NCBI GenBank assembly: GCA_000934665.2 | Contig: KZ538520.1 | Coordinates: forward strand, 50,879-70,878 | DNA length: 20,000 bases | Source of the DNA: Catajapyx aquilonaris | Lineage: Eukaryota | Direction: 5' to 3' | In this document: positions 1 through 10,148 of the stretch, piece by piece | How the letters are laid out: each line of letters starts with the position of its first letter | Numbering within the stretch: the first letter of the stretch is position 1 | Notes under the pieces: generated by a model | What the model was told of the DNA's origin: nothing | Database searches by the model: none | What the model saw: only the letters and a program-made list of their open reading frames with translations | Position numbers and translations under genes: made by a program

Positions 1-37
1 CACTGTGCCCCGTGGTCCACTGTGCCCCAGTCTCCCC
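1..37. mobile_element. Right terminus of a pogo/Tc1-mariner-type DNA transposon (rest lies outside the window)
   Basis: CACTGTGCCCC twice, then AGTCTCCCC|TA. Resembles GGGGAGACTGGGGCACAGTG-type TIRs with a TA target. Confidence 0.5.
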
Positions 38-178
38 TATTTGTCATGTATTAAAATTGAAGCGAATGGGGCCCAACTCTGAATCTAACAAGTGCGCAAG
101 TGAGATTATATAATTAGTGACGCAACAAGGTACTGTACGTGACAATTGAAAGATGAATGTCTGTCTCTATGATTCCAG

Positions 179-423
179 GTGTTCCTATTCTTGAGGAGAT
201 CAACACTTCACACGACACAATTGAATCCGCCATTGAGCAGAAGGCAGACTCCTGCGCAGATGGTGATCAATCAACCAAAGGGGGAAGCATAGCCATGGAG
301 GGCTCTGACAGCTTCTATTCTGTCAAAAGTGGAGTCAGTGACGAAGCCGAGGATGAAGAGGAAGATGGCACAATTCCTGCGGAGGAGGAAACTGACTTCT
401 CCGTCTGTGAGCAGTCCTCCTAG
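179..423 (+). CDS. Possible terminal coding exon of an upstream gene (acidic, low complexity)
   Basis: Acceptor-like gattccag|, D/E/S-rich open frame ending in TAG at 421-423. No recognisable domain. Confidence 0.35.
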
Positions 424-469
424 CGGTATGGTTGGGGAGGTTGAGATTTTTAAAATATGAGAGCTCGGA

Positions 470-927
470 TGTGTTTTTGGTCCCTCTCCAGGAAGCTGGG
501 GAGGGGGCATGGCCTCTACCCGACGTTTTTGGTGCCTCTCCAGAGAGTGGAGAGGGGGGAAAAGGGGGGTGAAATGGGCGGAGCTCTCCACAAATTCCCA
601 AAAAGTGTCTTCTCTCCTCGGAGGTGGAAGAGACTTTCTGGAGAGGGGGCTGGAGCGGAGGGAGGGCGGGAAGCGGGTGAAGGTTTAAGAATTAAACGTC
701 ACCAAGGAATTGGTTGCAGAATTAAACCTCCTTGGGCCCAGGGTCCTCGCCTCGCCTCGCCTCGCCTCGCGCTCTCCTCAACTGTTTTGAGTGCTTTCTC
801 CCCTAGCTACACCATTCCGCCCGTTTTTGGGTTTAATAGTGGAGAGGGGGGATGTGGGAGATATTCCGGAAGCCCCGCCGTCTTCTACCTCTCCTCTCCA
901 TCTTCCTGGAGAGGGACCAAAAACACA
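470..927. mobile_element. Non-autonomous TIR element (MITE-like, ~460 bp)
   Basis: 26-bp perfect inverted repeat TGTGTTTTTGGTCCCTCTCCAGGAAG (470-495 / 902-927), internal GGAGAGGGG repeats and (CTCGC)n. No clear TSD. Confidence 0.7.
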
Positions 928-1377
928 CCCTTCAACTGTGAATCGGCTGTGTTTGTGCGGATATTTTTTATGCTTTTCTATTTTTTGTTACGTGTTTAAT
1001 AAAGGCAAGTTGAAGTCATCCAGTTTTGTGTTGTCTATGGGGGTGCAACAGTTTTTTTCCCATAATTTTCCATAAAGCTGACCTAGAAACGGTTTCATCT
1101 TGGAGACTTGAATTCAATCGGCCCGCCAGTTTGGGTGATGTCATGAGATGACTGCGCGCGCATTGGCCGGTTCCTTTAAATTAAACTGTAAAAATTGGTG
1201 CAATTTTTTAAAGTTTTTAAATATTTTCATTAAAAGTAAGACAATAACATTAATTTTTTTCAGGTAGGTACATGATGTTTCTCAGATCGAGATTTGGCAA
1301 CGCTGCGCTGGTTTGGACGGAAGAAACAAGAAATTATAGGGTAATAAACCATACAGTTACGGCACGGGCCACCATAC

Positions 1378-1608
1378 TTTTAATTGATATTTAAGGAGGT
1401 TGGCCCAGCATTTGCCATTCAACCTCCAAGGATAGGGAAGGAAGGAAGCGGCTGTGGCCTATTATACGGAAGCGACCCCGGAAGTATCCTAGAAAGACCG
1501 TGGAAAACCACAGAAAACCACGGTCAAGGTTGCCGGCCCTGGGATTCGAACCCAGGACCTCCCGATTAGCAGTCGGACGCCTTATCCACTATGCCAACCT
1601 GCTTCGGT
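1378..1608 (-). mobile_element. Full-length tRNA-derived SINE
   Basis: On the minus strand: A box TGGCATAGTGG, B box GGTTCGAATCC, 3' hairpin GGAGGTTG..CAACCTCC and A-rich tail. Perfect 13-bp TSD CGGGCCACCATAC (1365-1377 / 1609-1621). Confidence 0.9.
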
Positions 1609-1609
1609 C

Positions 1610-1678
1610 GGGCCACCATACAGTTGAGCCACTTATATTAAAGATTAATATAAGTGGCTCATTACTGTATGGTGGCCC
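1610..1678. mobile_element. 69-bp foldback mini-MITE
   Basis: GGGCCACCATACAGT-TGAGCCACTTATATTA pairs with its reverse complement (2-nt indel) around a few-nt loop. Confidence 0.7.
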
Positions 1679-2120
1679 TTATCTTATTTATATTAATGTG
1701 TGTAGTGAAAGTAGTGATCATTTTCGCCCATGGGTGGCTGCTGCACTGCATTGTTGGACGAACGTTGTGTACAATTTTTTCCCGGTTATTGGACTTTCAT
1801 CAAGGTCACCGCAGAGCCTCTCGTCTCTGAGGTACAATAGCATTGAAAGAACGGCACCTCTCTTAGTCATTCCCCAACCCCAAAATGGCCAACCTGGCAA
1901 GGGTGACTGTGCCAGCAGGCAGCTATGGGCTCACTGGAGAACTCAAGGCCCACCACCACATCAAGGTGGAGATGAGCTTTTTTTTTCTTTTGGATTTTTT
2001 AAAAATAAATGTGAATGAAGTGTGGCATGGTACTAATCTGCTGTGGTGTGACAAATTAGGATGTGAGGAAGTGAGCGTGAAAGAGTGTCAGGAAGAGCGA
2101 GAGAGGTCATGAAGTAATGA

Positions 2121-2650
2121 TCAGCCCAGGGCTTTGGTGTATACAATGTTCTTAGTTTTCCCATCTGGTGCATAAACATAGAGACTGTTAGGGCTTCCCA
2201 CCCGTGACGCTCCAACATACAACTGTCTGTGAGAGAAGCAGGGCTCTTCCAGTTGCAGCCCAGCTACCTTCAAAGTTTGCCCCTGAGACTTGTTGATGGA
2301 CATGGCGAAGCTGAGCCTTGCAGGGAGCCTCCTGAACTCAAATGGCAAGTATGTCGGGATGACTGGTATTCTGGGAATGTGGACGTCTTCTCCCTTGCCA
2401 CATCCCGAGAGAATTGTAGCCTGGATGACATAGGGCATAAGAGTTTTGACAGCAAGTCTAGTGCCATTGCAGAGTCGGGGTGGATCCAGGCTGCGAATGA
2501 GCATACTGGGATGAGTACCAATTTTTAAAGTGAGAGAATGAGGTGGGACTCCAGGAGGTTCTAGTGAATAATTTAGAAATATTCTGTTGGGTAGTGCACC
2601 ACCTGGGTCTCCTCTGGGACTGTGTCCACAGACTTGTAGCAGTGGCAAGG
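2121..2650 (-). pseudogene. Helitron RepHel PIF1-like helicase C-terminal fragment
   Basis: Motifs [57 protein letters not shown]. Upstream YKSVDTV...HYPTE lies in another frame (frameshift near 2580). The QF of RRLQFP is deleted and there is no Rep domain. Confidence 0.92.
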
Positions 2651-3200
2651 ACCGTGGGTGGCCCGGCGAGGTGCGAAGTAGTGGGCGCACGTGGTAGTGC
2701 TCTACCCTGGAGCCTCCTTGGTCTAGCGCAGGGTCACACTAATTCAACATATACACCCGACAAGCGGGGGCTATCGGGGGCTATTTTTTTACGTGCTTCC
2801 GTTCGGCTTTAAACCATTTATTGTATACTTAATAGGATTTATTCGGACTGTTTATTCAAAAATAACATAAGCTAAATTCTCACCAGAGGATATTTGTGGG
2901 TAAATATCAAGTGCGTCGTCAAATCACGTAGGAAAAATAATTTCAGCCATTTTCACCCACGCATATGACAAGCAGGGAATATTGTAATAGCTGCATGAAA
3001 CGCATCGCGAAATCCAAAACGGAAGAGGGGAAAGTGTCGGCCTCCAAATAGAAAAAAAAAAACGGGCAGTGTTTTCCAATTTCCAATCTAAAGTGTCATT
3101 GTGGAAGTCTTGTCTTTCATTTACTGTTCCTTAAAGGATGTTTTGATAAAATTCGCAAAACCTATTTATGTCGTCCTAAACTGAGCTCCGCGCCCATTGT

Positions 3201-3475
3201 GCGCCGGTGGACTGGTGGTAAGCGCGCTCGCGTCTGGTCCCAAAGTTGTGAGTTCGAACCCGGCCGAGGTCGGTGACTTTTCTCCAGGTGGGAGAAAAGT
3301 GAGAGTGAGGCTTCCTTCGGAGGGGAAGTAACGCCGTCGGTCCCGTGTGCTTGTGACAATGCTGGAGTGCACGTTAAAGATCCCCAGAGTGGCCAAATTT
3401 CCAGGAGGAGGACCACCCCCTGGCGAAAAAATGCAATAGGAATCGCACATTCATGTACATGGGCTAGAAAAAATA
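3201..3475 (+). mobile_element. tRNA-derived SINE with Deu/Nin-like central domain
   Basis: A box TGGACTGGTGG, B box GAGTTCGAACC, central CGGTCCCGTG...GCACGTTAAAGATCCC motif recalled from Deu/Nin-domain SINEs, A-rich end. Boundaries approximate. Confidence 0.75.
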
Positions 3476-3520
3476 GTTAAATTTTGTTCCCTATAGTGAC
3501 TAGTGTTATTATATTGTTAA

Positions 3521-4482
3521 CTAGCAGGATACCCGGCATTACTCGGGTTATGACATACTTCTTCATAGGAGTAACTCATTCATTTGGTAGTTACCTTTGC
3601 AATAATTATGCAATAATGGCGGCCGAAATGGAACTCTTTCAATATATTATAAACAAAACATCGTCATCCCCTAACTACATCAACAGTCTCGCAACCAATA
3701 GGCAACACTGGTTAAACTCGAAATTGGATTAAAGTACAACCAATGTGAGTACAAAACAGTGAACAAAGTACAGACACCACGTAGAAATGTCATAACACAC
3801 AAGGGTGACGTTAAACCAATAACCACTATGTACTGAATTCGAGCCCACCTATTCAGTTCAGAGCCCACGAAGGGAAGGATGTAATGCGCGATCTGATCGC
3901 ACCGCAAGGTGGAGTCTGACTGCTCCTCCAATTCCTCCTGGTGCGTCAAGAAAAAAACTCCACCTTTCTGACCCTGTCTACTATTGCAGATTGCATGTCC
4001 CACCTGTTCCTATTGATTTGTTTTGAATGTGAAATTCGAAAGTGGGCAGGGGAAGGTGGGGGTGGGTGTAACAACAGAGTGGAGGGGAGGGCGGATGGAG
4101 GAGCGAGTTGATGGGCAGGGGGGGGGGGGCTTTGCTGGGGGGAATGGAATGGAAGGGCTGGAGCCTGGAGGTGGCAATGGGGAGAGGGCGATGTGACCCC
4201 TTCGGCCGTCAGAGAACGAAAGGACAGTGTCCCCGGCAACTCAACAGAGGAGTTGTTTACACCCAATTGCGCATGATTAGAACGCGGGCCCATGGGGAGG
4301 TGGCCTTTTCGACTCCTGCGGCCAAGGATGACCTCGGAGGTCAAGTCCAATGTGCTTATGACCTTCCCAGTAAAAAAACTACCCCTATAATCATTCCCCT
4401 GGGACATTTGTCGAGGCCTCCGTATATGGATTTGCATCGGGATCAGACAGACACAGACAGACAGATATACTTCCAGAAATAT
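3521..4482 (-). mobile_element. Non-autonomous Helitron-like element
   Basis: On the minus strand it ends hairpin (3531-3548) + CTAG|T. (CAGA)n microsatellite at 4444-4465 is typical of the 5' region of non-autonomous insect Helitrons. The 5' TC end is not intact. Confidence 0.65.
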
Positions 4483-4912
4483 GTACCGGTATTAAATTAA
4501 TAAAGAAAATCTGACGAACCATTCAAGAAGAGAATACAGATCGACAAAAGCATAATTAAGCTTGATCTCTGTTCGGACATGTTCGATTCAAACGCGATGT
4601 GCATAGAACGGTCTGGGTCCATCTGACTCGGTCTGACTTGCAGGCACGCAGCCATCCATGGCTTCAATATGGCGGGCATGGAACAGAACAGTAATACCAA
4701 ATACATTGTTCGAATGTGATCGCACTATTGGATACACCATGGCTGCCAGAATATATACCGTGAGCCCGTGGTGAGCCACACGCTATTCACATTTGAAGAT
4801 ACCAGTGGTAATGATCCTATCGATTGTGACCCAATAACGGCAAAGTTTCAACTTGGTTTCAATCCATCCTTTGTAATAATTTTGCATACGGTACTGTTCA
4901 ATACAGAATGGA

Positions 4913-5154
4913 CGGTGTTATGCAATAATGAGTCAACCCACATAAGAAGAGTTTTGAGAAAAATGGCTTTGAAGGTCATGATTACCTGTGAAATTAATTC
5001 AGTGTTCTTTTCGGTCATTTATGTCAGAAGTATGCAGATTTCACCAGCGTGATTTTAACTGAATTAAGTAGGATCCTTCAAGTATCATACGTTCCTGGGC
5101 TTATTAGCTCAATTTTGACATTTTTGTGGGTTGACCCATCATTCCATAACACCG
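4913..5154. mobile_element. Tc1/mariner-type MITE
   Basis: ~30-bp imperfect TIRs CGGTGTTATG(C/G)AAT(A/G)ATG(A/G)GTCAACCCACA. TA on the right flank, GA on the left. Confidence 0.7.
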
Positions 5155-5336
5155 TACAGATGAGGGTAATGATGCTAGTCTTGTTATGCTCACATGGCGT
5201 TATCCATTGTGACGCGTCATGTCAGCATTCAAAAACTTGGCCATTTTCGGACTTCGAAATTTCGGGAAAAGAGGATTCTCAACCTGTATCTGTCTCTTCG
5301 AACGTAGCAACAACACTTGTCCCTTGCTGTCTCCAG

Positions 5337-5441
5337 CAGGGTGGCGGAGTGACTCACATGGTGACCGGTAACTCCAACGTGTCGCTGAAAGGAGACGGTC
5401 ATCCCAGCCTGTCCCACGCCACCAGGGTATCTCCAGCCACG
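5337..5441 (+). CDS. Rfx: RFX transcription factor, exon just upstream of the DNA-binding domain (..HPSLSHATRVSPAT)
   Basis: Pyrimidine tract plus tandem CAGCAG acceptor (start 5337 or 5340). Translation ends HATRVSPAT, matching the RFX 'HTTRASPAT|VQWL' motif. Donor ACG|GTATGT at 5442 is phase 0 and joins 9422 in frame. In-frame ATG at 5358. Confidence 0.85.
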
Positions 5442-5557
5442 GTATGTGCAGTACTCTCAATCTCTCATTCATTCATTACACTCACGGCATATTCCCAAGA
5501 TGGGGTTACCAGCGATGACGTACAGTACTGTACAACATATTCTAGTGTTTCAAACAG

Positions 5558-5750
5558 CCCGCGCTCTTCGTCACTGCGCGCGCATTCCCGTGACGTCACT
5601 CCCCCACCCACCCCCCTCCGACCGACGTTCAATTGTTTTCTTGTTGACGGAGGAGGATTGGAACAGTTGCTTCAGGACGAGTCGGACGATAAGTTTCAAT
5701 CTCTTGCCCTTCTTCTCCCCCGGCGACCCCCGTTGTTTACCCCTGGAGAT
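5558..5750 (+). promoter_or_regulatory. CpG-rich candidate internal promoter with CRE palindrome
   Basis: GCGCGCGC run, GTGACGTCAC palindrome (5590-5599; CRE core TGACGTCA) and C-rich CCCCCACCC boxes upstream of ATG 5751. Confidence 0.4.
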
Positions 5751-6002
5751 ATGTGGAGCCAGGAAGGCCCAGGAGCGACGGCGGCGGTGCCCGTGGAAGA
5801 GATGGAGGTGGTCGCGGCTCCTTCAGACGACCCAGAGGGCCATTTCACCTTGGTGGGGCTGGAGGCGATGAGGCCCAGTGTGCCCGAACTGGACTTGTCC
5901 GAGTTCGAGGTAATGGACGACACGATGGGCCTGTCCTTCCTAGAAGGTCGCGACGGGTTCGAGGACGTCAGGTCGCCCACTCCACGCCAAGTGCAAGAAT
6001 CG
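5751..6002 (+). CDS. Candidate alternative first coding exon of Rfx (acidic N-terminus MWSQEGPGA...)
   Basis: GC/CpG-rich, coding-like island in an AT-rich intron, with ATG at 5751. Phase-0 donors GAG|GTAATG (5910) and TCG|GTACGC (6003) are both compatible with the phase-0 DBD exon at 9422. Confidence 0.5.
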
Positions 6003-6040
6003 GTACGCATTTCTCGCCAGTGTTTCTCGGTGGTCGAACG

Positions 6041-6068
6041 CATAGACCTTAGAGCTCTAAGGTCTATG
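6041..6068. mobile_element. 28-bp perfect palindrome with 8-bp TSD (minimal P/hAT-like derivative)
   Basis: CATAGACCTTAGAG|CTCTAAGGTCTATG flanked by GTCGAACG (6033-6040) and GTCGGACG (6069-6076). Confidence 0.7.
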
Positions 6069-6700
6069 GTCGGACGTTCCATTGGCAAATTCGACCGAAC
6101 GATAGGGCGCATTCTCCTCATCGGGTGTGTTCAGCTGCACTGATGTCAGAAAACATTCGGCTGAGGGAAAATTGAAGATTAACTTTTGCTTGTTAATTTA
6201 GTTCCTAAGGCTTACTGTTGGCAACATTTGCTGTTTTCTCAGTTTACATGCAGCTGAAAGATGTTACCTGACTGCAGTGCAGTTCCAGAATGTCGACTTA
6301 TTACTGCAATCCCCAAGTCTAGTGCTTGCTTTTAGAATTTTGTCTGATTTATAGAATTAGTGGAATATATGCTACTTCCAAAAATTGCCACTTGGATTTA
6401 CTATAAGTGTTCATTTATTCATCATCACGATTTTTTTCTCTCTCGCTTGTTATGTGCAGTCAGCAAGAAAAGATGCAATTTAATCCCTAATTATGAACTA
6501 AAAAGGCAGCTCTAATTTCAATAAGAACAGGGATTTATAATCAAATGGCTACAGCTTAGGGAAGCCTGACCTGTTATGTTCTGAAGGCGCCTTTTCATCC
6601 TAATTCAGACAGAACTCCATCGACAGCCTCCAGGAACTATTTTCTTGGCTGGAAAATGTTTTAAAGAAGCAGTGCATCAGGACATTATTGGGCATATTTG

Positions 6701-6874
6701 AAGCGGTTAACCACTTCGTTACTCCGCGGAGTATCAAAGTACCAGTACTCTGGTGTATACCTGCACTGGTACTCCTTAGGTACTCCTAGGTACCTTATAT
6801 TCTTTGGTATTCCATGGTACTCCTTGAATTGGGTACTCCCAGTGTACACTTTACAGTCGAGTGGTTAACCTCTT
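6701..6874. mobile_element. Small TIR element with 9-10-bp direct flanks and internal GGTACTCC repeats
   Basis: TIR AAG(C/A)GGTTAACCACT. Flanks GGCATATTT(G/A) at 6691-6700 and 6875-6884. Confidence 0.65.
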
Positions 6875-6889
6875 GGCATATTTATCGTA

Positions 6890-7084
6890 CAGGGTGACTC
6901 TAAAGTCAGGATTCATAGGTAATTGGATTGTATTGATGATTTTCAGGTTGTGCCAACTCAAAGTGCCAAGTGTACCAATAACTCATCCTTTACTGACTAT
7001 CAACAATCTGCTAGTTGCCACAACTGGAAACCAACAACACAATCCAATTTAATACCTATGTATCCTGACTTTAGAGTCACCCTG
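6890..7084. mobile_element. Tc1/mariner MITE (195 bp)
   Basis: TIR CAGGGTGACTCTAAAGTCAGGAT(T/A)CATAGGTA, with TA on both sides. Confidence 0.9.
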
Positions 7085-7210
7085 TACTTGTGTTTGGAGC
7101 TGACATTATGCCTACATGATGACATGTAATCTCATGTAAAACAATAAATCCTTATGTCAAAATAATTACTTTCTTGCTATACCATGGATGCTAATATTAC
7201 ACATGGTATT

Positions 7211-7563
7211 GGGGAGGTATGGTGGCAGAGATCGATGGTTACGTCTCGGCTTGATGAGTGGAAGGTCCCAGGTTCGATCCCCACCTGGGAGTTCCCTTCC
7301 ACCTGCGTCAGGAGGGTCTCAGACTAGCTGCACCAAGGAGGTGTCTGGCAACCTAACCTCCTGGGGAACAGCGCATGACCCCTTTTCAGACAATGCACTT
7401 GCACCCATGTTCCCCCAAAAATCCCTATCCTTACCCAATGTCCTTGTTTCCCTGCAACGGAGTGAAGATAAAATTCGAAAATGGATTGAAAAATGATGGC
7501 CCCCCCCCCCCCTATAGAACCCGTAAGGGTCATCACGGGGTGCAACAAAAAAAAACAAAAACC
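7211..7563 (+). mobile_element. tRNA-derived SINE, family shared with 18759-19086
   Basis: B box GGTTCGATCCC, A-rich tail, 18-bp TSD AATATTACACA(T/G)GGTATT (7193-7210 / 7564-7581). Colinear with the second copy. Confidence 0.9.
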
Positions 7564-7626
7564 AATATTACACAGGGTATTGGAAATAGTCTACAACCCA
7601 TTTGGCAAACACATTGAATACGCACA

Positions 7627-7950
7627 CCATCATCATCATCACCATCAGAACATTTCCCTATAAGAGAGCAGTAGTTTCCAACCTGGGTCCTGGGGGTCGC
7701 GAGCCTTGGTCCAACTTTTTTTTGGAATTTCCGTGTCAATTGAACCATTTTTGCGGCCGTACACAGAGTGTATGCTTTCTGGAAAGGGGGCAGTTGTAGG
7801 CGGGGATGGGGAGGGGGGGGGGTCGCACATTTATGGAAACATGTTTAGGGGGTCGCAGTCGGTAAAAGATTGGAAACCACTAGTATAAGGGGTAGTCAGT
7901 GATGAAGGGAGATGCAAGCTAACCCAACATATGAACTAAATTAAAACCAT
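7627..7950 (-). mobile_element. 5'-truncated retroposon 3' end with (GAT)n tail, interrupted by a hAT MITE
   Basis: Matches 18420-18496 once 7669-7882 is removed. Candidate TSD AATA(C/T)GCACA (7617-7626 / 7951-7960). Confidence 0.7.
7669..7882. mobile_element. hAT-type MITE
   Basis: TIRs CAGTAGTTTCCAA / TTGGAAACCACTA, repeated GGGGTCGC subterminal motifs. TATAAG is duplicated at the flanks. Confidence 0.8.
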
Positions 7951-8052
7951 AATATGCACATAATCTACATTAATGTTGGATTAGGTAACATTATGAACAG
8001 ATATTATTATGAATTTTGAGACTTTAATCACAATGTGGTAGGCCTATCATGA

Positions 8053-8054
8053 GG

Positions 8055-8129
<75 letters not shown>

Positions 8130-8435
8130 TCTTTTTATTGACACACCAACACATCCTTTTCCCAAAAGCCACCAGCAGGGGATGTGACGCCTGTTGTGAC
8201 GGACTGCACCCCACTCTCCGAATGCAATCAGAGCGATACATTTCCTCTGCAGCTGACCAAAGTCATCAGATCACGTCCATCTTCACCAAATGATGCCAAC
8301 ACCTCTAACTTCCCACTGAACCTGACAGGTAGCACCTCTCGGTCAGGCAGCATTGGAAGTGGGCTGACACCGAACCAAACCCGGGCCTGCCCTACCACAG
8401 TGAGCTCCCAACTAACCTTTCTTTTCCTTCCCCTG
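8053..8435 (-). mobile_element. Retroposon (LINE-like) 3' fragment with long (GAT)n tail
   Basis: Minus strand ends AATAAAAAGAAT(GAT)n. Candidate 7-bp TSD ATCATGA (8046-8052 / 8436-8442). Confidence 0.55.
8055..8129. repeat. (CAT)n microsatellite
   Basis: ~25 perfect units. Confidence 0.98.
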
Positions 8436-9421
8436 ATCATGAAATATGAAATAGTAGCATCTCATCACATTTTTAAGTAGCCGAAGCGTTTCACATGAAC
8501 ATGCAAATATTAATTTTATTTGTGAATTTGTAAAGTGAGGGAATAGTTTGCGATATTACAGTTTTTAAAATTTTACTGGGGTGTTTCTAAGGCTCTCAAG
8601 AGTACAAGCACATAGGATTGTTCAAATCTGTTCAGATTTCCAGGAATAAGTGCACTCTACATGTTCAGTGTTGCATTAAACTGTGCACAGTTTGATAAGT
8701 AACGTATATCAACAAGCCTGTGGGTAGGAGGGAACAGTGATAATATATTAATGTATGTATTAGACACTTGTTTTTCAAAATCAGTCAACAAGCTTTTGCA
8801 GTAACATTACAGCATTCTCATGATAATATAGTTACCGTCAAGAGCTGTGGCTTCCTCACTCTCACTGGTATCCCTTACAGGAACAATAAATTGTAAAGTA
8901 AATGTAATGTATGTACATACACAATAATTATGTATGAAGCATTGCAAGTATAAATTTCTTACTACATGCTGAGATGAGTTCCTGTAGCGAGGGATTGTGT
9001 GAACACAAGTTTTCAGCTTTCCTCGGTTTTCCACTGCTGTGGATACCGTATATGCTTTGTTATGCACTGGACATGGGTCATGTTTCCTAACTTCCTTCTT
9101 GCTCCTTTAACCCGAGACATTCCTTAGAAGAAAACTTTCTAATTCACAGTTTGCACTGAAATGAATTTTTAATGACTTCAAGAGGAAACTGCATTATGCA
9201 TTAAGAATTTCAGCATATTTATTTTCCATTGCTCACAGTGTGTATAGTCCCACTTAGGATTCGATGAGCTGCAAGTGTTTGGTACAATGCCTTGTTAAAC
9301 TTTGGTTTATGTCGTCAAGACCGTCCAGATTGTGCATTTATGTTCAGTGATTGGATTCTTGCATTTGCAAGGTAATATTATTACCATTTGTATCCATTTT
9401 CTACCCCTTTATCCCCTATAG

Positions 9422-9667
9422 GTCCAGTGGCTCCTGGACAACTATGAGACAGCTGAAGGAATGAGCCTTCCTCGGTCAACATTGTACTCCCATTACCTGC
9501 AGCATTGTCATGAATACAAGCTGGACCCAGTGATTGCAGCCACCTTGGGAAAACTGCTCCGTTGCGTGTTCCTAGGTTTGCGCACCCGCCGCCTAGGCAC
9601 TAGAGGTAACTCCAAGTACCACTATTATGGAATCATGGTGAAGCCCACATCTCCGCTCAATCAGCAG
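9422..9667 (+). CDS. Rfx: RFX winged-helix DNA-binding domain exon
   Basis: Acceptor cccctatag| and donor CAG|GTGATT. Translates VQWLLDNYETAEGMSLPRSTLYSHY...GLRTRRLGTRGNSKYHYYGI, the RFX DBD signature. Confidence 0.97.
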
Positions 9668-9687
9668 GTGATTATGTTGTACTATTA

Positions 9688-9974
9688 GGGGCAACACTGT
9701 GGCGTAGGGGTTACCATCACAGCTTTCCACTTGTGAAGGACCCATGTTCAATCCCTGGGTTGTAGAGAGTGTTTTCTCATGGGGAAAGAGCTTCAATGGG
9801 TTCTCTCTGTGTTTGCATGCATATTTGGGGGATACTCCCGCTTTTTTCCCAATGTTAAAACCCATCGGCAGTGCAGGAATGGAGAATAAAAATGGAAATG
9901 GAAGAGGAATACCTAAGAAGGCACAAGCCTTGTGTGGAAGGAATGTTTCAAGGCTGCTCATGGGTTTTCATTAT
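9688..9974 (+). mobile_element. Degenerate tRNA-derived SINE in an Rfx intron (V-domain-like core)
   Basis: A box TGGCGTAGGGG, B box TGTTCAATCCC. GTTCTCTCTGTGTTTGCATG...ACTCCCGCTTTTTTCCCA loosely resembles the V-SINE core. Ends CATTATT. Confidence 0.6.
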
Positions 9975-10022
9975 TGCAATTATTCTGCATCCTCAGTGCA
10001 CTGAAGGAGTCAGATGATAGTC

Positions 10023-10143
<121 letters not shown>

Positions 10144-10148
10144 TCCAG

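Noticed and set aside
1520..1608. tRNA-like sequences (also at 3201, 7211, 9688, 18759)
   Set aside because: A/B boxes are followed by non-tRNA bodies, tails and in several cases TSDs, and no intact cloverleaf was evident. These are SINE heads, not tRNA genes.
1700..1990. Possible retroposon ending in CCACCACCACATCAAGGTGG and a T run
   Set aside because: Looks repeat-derived, but no promoter boxes, TSD or ORF could be supported.
2800..3134. Possible Kolobok-like end (ACTGTTCCTTAA) and Sola-like GGCGTTATCCATTGTGACG near 5196
   Set aside because: Single degenerate termini without partner TIRs.
5049..6143. 364-aa ORF as a standalone gene
   Set aside because: It starts at a GTG inside a MITE and is a composite of TE sequence, an Rfx exon and an intronic island.
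7885..7950. Idea that the two retroposon tails are a fixed ~75-bp mini-SINE
   Set aside because: The TSD of the second copy places its end at 18580, so the first copy is simply more 5'-truncated.
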